The position numbers and the translations under genes were made by a program. Under the pieces are notes generated by a model that saw only the letters and a program-made list of their open reading frames with translations, ran no database searches and was not told the DNA's origin. Shown piece by piece: positions 40,501 to 53,537 of a stretch of DNA of 64,000 bases. Every line of letters starts with the position of its first letter. Position 1 is the stretch's first letter. The stretch is from Pocillopora damicornis (taxonomy: Eukaryota), in assembly GCF_003704095.1 (NCBI RefSeq), contig NW_020844837.1, forward strand, positions 310,001 to 374,000, read 5' to 3'.

Positions 40501-43500
40501 GATTGTTAAGCAAATTTTCCTTGTAAGCACCTGAGGAAATGTACAGAGAACACTATGGAGAATATGCATTCTGTTGTTAGGGTGTAAAGTACTAATCCAT
40601 ACTAACGAGAGGAATTCTGGTAACCATTTAATAAAATAACTATTATAATCTGACCTTTGAAACTGAAGCTACTGTTGATTCATCTTCTTCTGCCTCTTCC
40701 CCGAATGACAATAAGCTAAAGTTTCTACAAGAAATCAAATTTGAAGTAAACAAAACCTGTGGTGACAAAATATCATATTTTGATGTTATCACAACATTAC
40801 CTAAAAGCAATCTCTTTTTAATTAGTTCTAAATCTCCCTTACTGATTATCAAAGGCAATTATATGTAAGATGTAATTATACTAACTGATTCAAAAACTTG
40901 GGTTCAGTCTATTAGTTTGGTCTATGTTGAGGCATTTAAAAAATACTACATGTAAATATATATTAACACATAAAAAGAACAAGAAGAGAAAAGCTGCAGT
41001 GGCACCTACTTTGTTCCTTTGACTTTTTTCTTTTTTTCTTCCTCAGGTTTTGTTTTCACCTCCTCTTTTCTTTGCCTTGGAACTATGTCATCAAAAGGAT
41101 TATATAAAACCTGAAAATGAGGAATTTTTATTTCACTATTGATAAGTAGTAATTACTGAATCTAAATCATTATTTCCTTCACTGATCCATTATTTGAACT
41201 TTTTTTCCCTTATATGATATTAGGATACCTCACTGACCCATGATAAATAATTTTAAGTAAGACTTCAAGGTCTATAGTACAGAAGATGAGTTAACTTCAT
41301 GAGAGGAAAAAATGATTACAGACTGTAACTATTACACCAATATTTAATTAACCTTTCATTCCGCAATACAATTCTTATAATATTAGTTCTGAGAATTTGG
41401 TATTAGATCAACTAGTAATCCCCTAATTAATAATTTATTGTATTGAAATTGTAAGGAGACATTCTGTCTTAGTCACTCTTAGGAATTCAAGGGTTTAAGG
41501 AAGTATAAATCAATCATTTCATCAAACCTCTGTTTTCTTTATCTTAGGAGGGAAAAGAGGTCTGTCATTACTGTCAACTTCACAATCTTCCATCTTAATC
41601 ATGTTGTAAATGGTGTCTCCTGCAACCTACAAACAGAGGTGACAAACTTTATCTAGATTTGTTACAGTAAAACATGAAACTTAAATATGGTTTTCCTTTC
41701 TGTTATACTGGCTTTTCATTGGCTTCATGCATTTTGATATGGCACTATGTGCTGATTCATCCTTGAGATTATTTTGAGTTGTTTTTGAGAGTGTTCAATC
41801 AAAAGAGCATGGCATCAAACACATCCATCAGCAAGGATAGAGCTAGACTGCACTAGATACTATTTATACAAGTTATATACATAATTAGATACAAATTGAA
41901 AAATGGTGTAACCCTTGAAATCCAGAGGTCCTGGCTTTGAATGCTTCTCTAACTAATTGCAGTATTCTTTTGGGTAGTCCCACCTGGAGTTTTCTGAGCA
42001 ACTCTCAGTTTAGCATCCACTCTAGTCCTGAATTGCATTTTGTTTGTTTCACTTTGCTCAGTGTATTTGGCACAGGTGTGTTTTGCATTGTGCGTTTTTT
42101 CTATAGTCATCACTGCAACAAAAGACAATTTTTTAAAATTTATACCTTGCCAAATATGGTGTGTTTGCCATTCAATTCATGTGTTGCTCCAAGAGTGAAA
42201 AAGAACTGACTTTGATTATCATTGGGTCCAGCATTAGCCATTGCAACCAGCCCTCTGCGCACAAAGCGAAGCCTTTGATGAAATTCATCCTATGAGAGCA
42301 AAGAGTAACTTAAAACCAGTCACTGACAATTTTTAAATACAAGTTTAAACATTTTTAAAGTCCTTATTCTAAAGCTCATTCTATTTACAAAAATGGATCA
42401 CATCAACCAAAATCAAGTTCAACAATTACCTTGAAAGGTCTTCCATAAATTGATTCTCCCCCTGAGACAAGAACAAAAAAAAATAAAAAAGAAGAAGAGA
42501 AATGCAACCTTTTCACAGGTATCTGAGAAAACATGAAACACCACATTGAATAGAAAATTTATTTTAAAGAATCAACCAAGTACAAGACCATATTTATCAA
42601 CTGGCCACAGCATATAACTTACCCATCCCTGTTCCTGTTGGGTCTCCTCCCTGCACACAGAAACCTACAGGAAAAACGTGAATGAGTTTGCTAACAGCTT
42701 GGATAAGTTTGCTGACAACTGAAATCAGTCCCCAACAACTTGGGTGAGTTCAGCAAGAACTTGGATAAGTTCATTGACAACTTTAGCAAGTTTGCTGATA
42801 ACTACTGCAAGATCCCCAACAACTATGACAATGTCACTGACAACTTAGATGGGTTCATCAACAATTGTCAGACAAGCAGGTAATAACATGAAGCAAACTC
42901 CTTAATCTTTAATCTTAATCTTTAATCACAGTTCGTAACCATACATTGAACAAAGGTACAAAAATGGTTGACAGGATGGTAGTAGGGGGAACTAAATTCC
43001 CATGCTAAGACATACCCTCCAAAAAAAAAAAACAAAACTATAACAAAAAAAAACTGGTATTTGGGGTAATTATGAGCGGAGGCACTTAATTAGTGAAACT
43101 TTAAAAGACTGAAGGCTAGGGGATGACATTACTTCAGAAGGCAAATAGTTCCAATCGTTAATATATCTATTAAAAAAAGAATATTTAAAATAATTTGTAC
43201 GAGCAACTTTAGGCCTTATTTCATACTCATGCTTACTTCTAGTTCGAGTTATTCCAACAATATCAAAGTAATGATGGCAATTGATATCACAGTAACCAAA
43301 TATGATCTTATACATTTGAACTAGGCTAAGGGATTGCCTTCTAAGTTCTAAAGAGTCCCATTTTAACTCTTGAAGTCTTTCAGGATATTCTTTGTCTGGG
43401 CCACATATTAGTCGGGACACTCTTCTCTGAATTGCTTCGATTGCCTTGGTGTGTTTCACCAGATAAGGATTCCAGACTGGGCAGGCATACTCGAGGATAG

Positions 43501-44568
43501 GTATCACTAGTGCCTTAATGACCAATTCTGAAACAGGCTGGACCAGGTGTATTAGAATTTTGCATCCTACTACATTAAATTTAGTTCCTGGCTTCTAAAT
43601 TATGAGAACCTTAGGTAGACATGGACCCTTCTATCAACCATGGACGCAATCATGAATGATCTGGACATAATCATACACTATCATCTCCTTCTATGAGTTC
43701 ACTGGGGAAATTAAAACTATATTTTTTTGGTGTAACACATCATATTTTGTGGATGTCACTTAATCAATATTTACCTTTGACAATTCTGTGGAAAATAGTG
43801 CCATCATAATATCCCTCCAGACAGAGCTGAACAAAATTCCTGCAGGTTTTGGGAGCTTCTTTTGACCACAACTCAATCTCTATTTCTCCAGATGAAGTAA
43901 TGAGAAGAACCTGTTGTGATTAAGTGAAAATAGCTGTAAATGGTAGTTGTGAAAAGCTGTAATGGTTGCAAAATAATTCTTATAACTTTTATTTTAAAAC
44001 CCTCTTAAACAACTTTAAAGAAAATTATTTCAAATGGTATAACAAACAAGAATTTGGAATAATTATTAAATGAAAATTATTTAAATCATAAGATGGTAAT
44101 CTCAATTACTTTTCACCACTTCACCAAAATTTTGAACAGCTGGAGATTGCAAGCAGGATATATCGTATTAATTTATCACAATTATTCATAAGCTTGAATG
44201 AATGGCAGCCAGTCGAGAGAACTGAAATTTTGATCAAGAGTGAGAGCGATGTAATTAACTGGCCCTGTATCAGTATTTTTTCCCAAGTGTTGATTTCTTT
44301 ACGCTAAGTCACGCAAACAATGACACAGCATGTCGATACACATTTCGTTACTCAAGCCAGCTGTTGCGAGACGACGATAACTCTAAAAGATCTACTACTT
44401 GGACAGTTTGTTGTCTTGAAATGTTCAAATCTGCGCGCCATACTTTTACAACAACTGCCTCATTTCCGACAATTTTCTTATAATTCTGCCGGAAATTTTT
44501 CCCAGCCAAGTATGACTATTTCTCACCTTTCCATTTGTTGGAGGCTCTTGGATATATATGTTGCTCAT
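34590..44568 (-). CDS. CWC27: Spliceosome-associated cyclophilin CWC27 (15 exons)
   Basis: Exons (minus) 44568-44527, 43910-43775, 42664-42623, 42461-42430, 42289-42146, 41626-41528, 41110-41010, 40724-40655, 39220-39131, 38550-38500, 38020-37893, 37287-37169, 36110-36004, 35281-35157, 34746-34590; phases consistent. Starts [14 protein letters not shown]; cyclophilin motifs [46 protein letters not shown] (Glu in place of the cyclophilin Trp, typical of CWC27); [15 protein letters not shown]; C-terminal [16 protein letters not shown]. Confidence 0.96.
35715..35908. repeat. Dispersed repeat; inverted homolog at ~39445-39628 (both in CWC27 introns)
   Basis: GGCTGTGC..GAAAAAGGGCTGTAAGGC..ACCCAAA shared in opposite orientation; ends in TATTGAAA..CTG. 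Confidence 0.7.
36320..36456. other. Assembly gap (within a CWC27 intron)
   Basis: Run of N; the flanking exon phases are compatible without an additional exon. Confidence 0.99.
39730..39974. mobile_element. TA-bounded MITE with internal CCAAT/ATTGG motifs
   Basis: TIR TAGAGC..TTTTCAATTGAG / CTCAATTGAAAACTGCTCTA; related copies at ~3225-3454 and (reverse) ~23924-24140. Confidence 0.7.
39990..40204. mobile_element. piggyBac-type MITE family C
   Basis: TTAA-CCTTTTAACTCTCA ... TGAGAGTTAAAGGG-TTAA; related degenerate copies at ~41350-41493 and ~1470-1660. Confidence 0.75.
42683..42866. repeat. Degenerate ~21-bp minisatellite, ~9 copies
   Basis: Consensus approximately AAGTTTGCTGACAACTTGGAT. 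Confidence 0.7.
42901..43522 (-). mobile_element. 5'-truncated CR1-type LINE in CWC27 intron 2
   Basis: [18 protein letters not shown]...[12 protein letters not shown]...[17 protein letters not shown]...[13 protein letters not shown]; 3' end has a GATTAA(A) tandem tail at 42901-42927. Confidence 0.87.
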
Positions 44569-44706
44569 TTTTGTAAAATTTGAAATTTAGTTGCAGACAA
44601 CTTCTTCCTTAAAACCTGTTTATGAAATCCTCTTCCAGAAACGAAACAAATCAGCGGATATGCCTCTGCAAGCAGGCGCATGTATTGCTCCACGTGTTTA
44701 TATTTC
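44569..44706. promoter_or_regulatory. Bidirectional promoter between CWC27 and DBT
   Basis: Only 138 bp separate the two divergent ATGs; contains GCGCATG (NRF1-like half site) and CACGTG; CpGs retained. Confidence 0.75.
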
Positions 44707-47700
44707 ATGATGGCGTCCAAATTGTCTGTGTTACGAAACTTGGCCCTAAGGAGAAATCTTCGTATTTTTTGCCATCAGGTGAGTGCATCATTTATGTTAA
44801 TTGAATTTCTATTATCATTCCTTCTACAATAAATTCTTCTAAATCCAGAACCGACCAATTGTCAAAGGAAAACGCCCGATCTGTTCATGTGTGACGATTG
44901 GAAATTCAAATTTTAGCAAGGTTAGTTCAGTGATCTTCAACAAATTTCTGCAGATGATCTTACTTTTCTTGCCTCAATTTAAGGGATTACTCACATAATG
45001 ATTTTTTAATTTACAGGAGTTTGGAAAACAACCGCGTGGTTTACGATTTCTACGAACAACGTCAGGTACATGATGGGTACATCAAATTAGGTGTTAGTTA
45101 TTCTATTTGTTGAATTTTTCAGAGATCTTGTGAAAGATTAGGACGATTCACCCTGATTTACTGCCTCTCTGAAGTAATTGATGATCGTTATGAAGCGAAC
45201 CTTCAATTGGAAAAGTACACTGAATAATTTACGAAAACTTCCGATGATGGGCGTTATGGGGGTGTGTCAGGGGTGTGACAGATGTGATGGTATTGATTTT
45301 AAAAGTATTCTTTAAATTAGCTACTAGTTTTTTTATGCCACTAAAACAATACAGTCTACCATTCAAATTGTTCTTAAAAAAAAATAATAATTCAATCAGG
45401 TGTGAATGGAGAAGTCCTTCCTTTTAAATTATCCGACATTGGGGAAGGAATTGCAGAGGTTACAATCAAAGAGTGGTAAGTTTTATATGATACCTATATC
45501 ATTATCCCTTTCACTCCCAGTAGGGACCAAGACATACTTTCTCCTTACACACAAGTAATGAGAATGTAGAAGGATATCAATCAGTCAATTATCATTTAAT
45601 AATGATATATATTAACTTAAATAATGCAGATATCAATATTATTTGACCTAATACTGAATTATCAGAACTAAAATTACAAGCAATGTATAGCAGCCAGTGA
45701 GAAGAATCACCAATAAAAGAGATCTTGGAGATGAAAGAGTTAAAAGAAATTAATTTTGTCATTTTTCTATTAGGTATGTGAAGCCAGGTGATCATGTGAA
45801 TCAGTTTGACAGTATTTGTGAAGTACAGAGTGACAAGGTTAGACTACATAACATTTATAATCATCTATGGTGATTTTCCCTTAAATTATCAAAAATAAAA
45901 TCTAATCCTCTTCATCATTTGCAGGCATCAGTAACAATAACAAGCCGATTTGATGGTACAATCAGGAAACTGTATTATGATGTAGATGATATTGCAAGAG
46001 TTGGACAACCCTTAGTGGACATAGAAGCAGAAGCTAATATTGATTCCAGTGAGTTTTTATTGCAAATCATATGCATTTTATCCTAAAATCTTATGATAAT
46101 CTATAGCCAACTAAATTAAAAATGAATATTTTTTCAGTCAATTTTGAGAGTATTGATATTTGGGTAGGGAGAAGAAATATTCGTGCAGAGAACAATAATA
46201 TAATGGACAATATATTTCTATACTAGTTAATAGGTGCATTCTTGTTGGCAAATTGGTGAGTCCAGATGAAAGTAAGTAACTGCTAGAGACTCTTTTTTTT
46301 TTTTTTCTCAACTATTAATAACCATGGGATTAGTAAAGTGCTTTCCATGAAGCTTTAGATTAAATCCTTATCTTAACTGTGATATTTGGTATTTTAAGAT
46401 GTTGATGCTGGTCCAAGCCCTGCTGAAGATGTCATGGCTGCCCAACAGAAGCCTAAACCAACGCATGCTATAGAACAACCACTTCCACCTCCACCCCTCT
46501 CCCCTCAGTCTTCACCACCTCAGTCAAAAGCTTCACCGGCCCCTCCCCCTCAGATTACCACAAAGCAGACTAACAGTGATGGGAAAGTGTTAACAACACC
46601 AGCTGTACGCAAAATGGCAATGGACTATAATGTAAGAAGAAGTAAATAGATTTCAAGTAGTCCTTAAAAAGTTTTGTCAACTTCTTTTCAACATACTTTT
46701 CCTCAGCTAGTTTTAAGAATAACTGGGTAGTAAGTGAGGTGAGCACGTGCTTTTCAAGACCTGAATTGAAATTTTCGCAAAAAATGTTGTTTTCCAGATT
46801 GAACTGGGTGACATCCCAGGAACTGGTAGGGATGGCAGAATCCTTAAAGAAGATGTGTTGAATTACATTGAGAGAATGAAGGCTAAACCCACTGAAGGTG
46901 AGTTTTTGGATAGAAGATTTATTTTTTTGGAACAAATTGTTTGTCTGAGCACTCTTTGCAATGTCTTCACAGCCCCTGCCCCCACAGTAGAGGTTGCTGC
47001 CCCAACCACCCCACCCTCAACTCAAATTGCAAGACCAGAGGTGGTGCTTGAAGACAGAACAGAAGCTATCAAAGGAATCAGGAGAGCAATGGCTAAGGCT
47101 ATGACAGCATCACTTACAATTCCACATTTTGGATACAAGGATGAAGTAATTCTAAATGAGCTTGTGAGGTAACAAATGATTTTACTTGTCCAAGGTCTGT
47201 GTATATCTTCTTTCCTTTTCTGTTAAATTTCCAACTACCTGTCCCTTTACACTGTCAAATACATATGGAGGTAAGTGAGAAATATATTCGGCTATTGGTT
47301 CTCTTATTATATTTTTGTCCAGGGTAAGAAATCACAGTAAAGAATCATTTCAGGCCAGAGGGATGAAGTTATCCTTTATGCCAATGTTTATGAAGGCAAC
47401 TTCTATGGCTCTGCTCCACTTCCCAATACTAAACAGCTCAGTGGATCCTGCATGTGAGAATATCACTTTTAAGGTATTTAATAATTCCTCCGAAGAGTAA
47501 GAAATGATCTATGGTTGCTTGATAATTAAAATATCATAATTGGAAGTGTACATCATAAACAGTACCTCCAAGAACCTCAAACCATTTAATGTAACAATCC
47601 TAATTAAGCAGACTACTCAGGGTAGATCACATGCACTATTTTAACCCTCTAAATTCCCAGAAGTGATTGACATGTAACTTCTCCCTATAATATCCATAAT

Positions 47701-49221
47701 TTATCCAGAAAACAGGAAATGAGAATACTTAAACTTATCAGGTAGAAGTTATCTTGATCCAATACAAAATTCTCATAACTAATTTATAAGGAAATGTGTA
47801 GCAGCTAAAGGAGAGAATTAACAATCAGAGCTTGGGAGTCAAGGATTAACTGAAATCAAAGGCTGTAGACCATGCAATGATCGATCTTATGATTAACATC
47901 TATTCAAAATACAATAATTCCATAATAATTTAATTCCTCAACAATTTTTTCTCCAACCTGTTAATGAATACTACATTTTGATCCCATTTGTCAGGGTTCA
48001 CACAACATTGGGGTTGCCATGGATACACAACAAGGCTTAGTGGTACCAAATGTGAAAAATGTACAGAACAAGTCAATATTTGATATCACTGTAGAGCTTA
48101 ACAGACTTCATCAGCTTGGACTGGCTGGTAAACTTACACCAGAAGACTTGATTGGAGGAACATTTACCCTCTCAAACATTGGATCAGTAAGCTTCATCTT
48201 TGAATAGTTACAAGTTCAATTTAATTTTAAATTAGTTATTTTCAAATTGACTATAATTTTTGAAGTGGCGAGCATTGAGGGCTTCTAAACGCCAAAATTC
48301 TGCCAAGGTTTAGACCTGTTGGACAACACATCACAGTTGAGGTCATGATTGCAAAAATTTGCTTCAAGTGACATGGACAATTTTGCACAAATTTGTGCAA
48401 TGGTCACCCAAACTCAACACAGCAAATAGTTTGTTGTGAAGATCTGAGTCAGTGGCTCATCACTTCGTGGATCCAAGCCTTTGTAAGAAATTGAAATATG
48501 AACCTTTGCATCTTTGGTTACATGATCCAATTGTCTATGATGTCTTTGCCAGATTGGAGGAACGTATGCAAAACCAGTGATTATGCCTCCTGAGGTTGCC
48601 ATTGGTGCTATTGGAAGAATACAGGTTAGCATACTCATTTAACTCTTTAAATTTTCAGGAGATAACAAGTCTGGGTTCAATATCATGGACATAATGTTAC
48701 AAAGAGGTAGCTTGTCTGAAGGCTGTCTAAGCAACATCTGACCTCTCCCTTGCCTTTTTCAAGAAAAAGTAATCATGATAATCAAAACAACTTATGTGCT
48801 CCAAAACAATGCTTTCATTAGGAAATGTATTGGAGAATAGTGTAAAGTAAAAGTAGAATATTCTCCACATCTGAAAAAGAGCTAGCTCAGGGAATGGAAA
48901 TTTAGTAAGAGAATTCTGCATACTAGCTAAAGAGTTCTTTTATCCCTTAATGGTAAATGAACACCCTGCAAATTGTCAGTGAAACACTAGTTAAGGACTC
49001 CTCTGTTTTCCCCTACTGTTTACTCACATGGTTATTTGTAACAATTTTTATAGGAAGTCCCCAAGTTTGATAAGGATGACGATATTTACAAAGCGTATAT
49101 AGTCAATGTAAGCTGGTCAGCTGATCACAGAGTCATAGAAGGTGCTACAATGGCTAGGTTTTCAAACCTATGGAAATCTTATCTAGAAAACCCCGCTTCT
49201 ATGATGATGGACTTAAGATAA
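44707..49221 (+). CDS. DBT: Branched-chain alpha-keto acid dehydrogenase E2 (dihydrolipoamide branched-chain transacylase), mitochondrial (12 exons)
   Basis: Exons 44707-44778, 45017-45065, 45400-45475, 45774-45837, 45925-46048, 46399-46631, 46798-46897, 46973-47168, 47323-47473, 47995-48186, 48553-48624, 49054-49221. Arg/Leu-rich transit peptide; lipoyl domain [13 protein letters not shown]...EVQSDK|[11 protein letters not shown]; subunit-binding domain [22 protein letters not shown]; catalytic domain [45 protein letters not shown]. Confidence 0.96.
47645..47845. mobile_element. piggyBac-type MITE family A copy (DBT intron 9)
   Basis: TTAA-flanked homolog of 24411-24615. Confidence 0.75.
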
Positions 49222-49411
49222 TAATTCTCTTGTGCACCAATTAGCCTTATTAATTTGCCTGTAAGGATTGTCAAATTGTTGTAAGGGCTCAATACTACGT
49301 TTCATGCAAAAACAGTTTTACAGGTACATGCCTGTACAGTTATTACATGGAGAAAAATTATATCAAGAAATTCCACAAGCAAAGCATTTCAAGACTAATA
49401 TGGAATAAATA

Positions 49412-49545
49412 GATCAATGTCAGTATCTGAGCAGCTGTACACCTACCCCTCCCCTAACCCAACAACAGTCAATTGATAACAGGTTAAGGTTAGTGTTGCT
49501 TAGGAGATGCATAGGTGTGCAGTTGTACAGATACTGACATTGATC
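49412..49545. mobile_element. Hairpin (foldback) MITE with long TIRs
   Basis: GATCAATGTCAGTATCTG...CAGATACTGACATTGATC; further copies at ~34796-34934 and ~38270-38403. Confidence 0.75.
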
Positions 49546-50627
49546 CAATGAATAATACCTTCACCTTATGTGGCTTGTATATACTAGACAGAGCTATTTT
49601 ACCAATGGGTAATGTTTTACCCTTGATACAAAATAGGGTTCAATAAGTGAAAAAATACTAGTGTTATTTATTTTTAATTCTTGAAAAAAATACATTAACT
49701 TTACATTTAGTTGGGGTTTACAACACTGTAACTTGAAGCAACTAGGGAAAATAATAATACATAAGGCTATATTTTCATACAAGTTTCATATTTAACCTTT
49801 AAAAAGGATTTGTTCAGTCTAGGTCTGGTTTTCGTCTTTCAAATGATGTTCAGAAAATGAGCTTTGTGAGGATTATCTATCAAGGTCATGGACTATCTTT
49901 GACAGTATCTTAATATTAAAACTTACTGTAGACTCAGTTACTTTCATATAAAACCATGGGTAAAAGCAATTAGGTATTCAAGTATTTTGTTATGTGTTTC
50001 ATAATCTAATTATAAATCTCATGCGGCACTATTAACACTAAACTATTAACTAAATTAAAACAGCTGCCCAAGTATATAGTGTGTACAAAGTGCAGAATAA
50101 AATAGCAAGAACAAGCTCTTGGAGTTCTTACAATTTCTTTCTAAAAAGTTTTCATTACAGGGTTAAATTAAAAATACAGTCATGTAAGAATTTGTTTCCT
50201 TCCAATCAACCCCTACATTGTGAGAACATCTTCCCCCTAACTACACCAAACATCAGTGGCATAGTTCTTGTACTAATAAGCTGAACCTTTGTACAGACAG
50301 AGAAGAGAGTTGAATTACATAAAAACAAATTGTTGATGTTTAAAAAAAAAAGTGTTACCTTGTCCTTGCAAAACCATGCACATGACTATGGTTTTGGTTT
50401 TACACTTTGACAGTTGAACAAGTGAAAAAGAACTTTTAACTCAAATTATAGCAATATTGTTAATATTTGAATACCAGTAAAGAACTGAAGCACTTTCAAA
50501 ACTTGTGACAATAGTTGATACAGAAGGCTTAAACATCCACCCTTGCTCATGGATCTTTCCCACATTTCAGTTTCAAGCATCATAATCTACTCACAAGAAC
50601 ATTAGGGTTGAATAGTCTTGAAGAGCA

Positions 50628-53276
<2,649 letters not shown>

Positions 53277-53537
53277 TTTAAATCCAATTAAGACTATTTG
53301 TGGTAGCTAGATGTGCATTTTACCTTTGAAAACCTGGTTAATCTTATTCGCTCACGAACGAAGTTCAAATGTTTCAAAACGCCGCCATGTTGATTGAACG
53401 GCATACACTGGGGCTCAGTTGGACCAAGGTTCCTCACGACCAACTCGGATAAACATGGCGGTTTAGAGATCCTATTGTCTTTTTTATGTTTACGCTGTAT
53501 TTTGCCCCATCAAGTTGATTGGAAAACCTTTGATCCG
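53277..53537. promoter_or_regulatory. Bidirectional promoter between SREK1IP1 and HMGXB4
   Basis: 261 bp between the divergent ATGs; two outward-facing YY1-type ACATGGCGG motifs (~53382-53390 minus, ~53453-53461 plus). Confidence 0.7.

Noticed and set aside
53394-53537. N-terminal extension of the 851-aa ORF from a TTG start
   Set aside because: Non-ATG start inside the bidirectional promoter; the first in-frame ATG is 53538.
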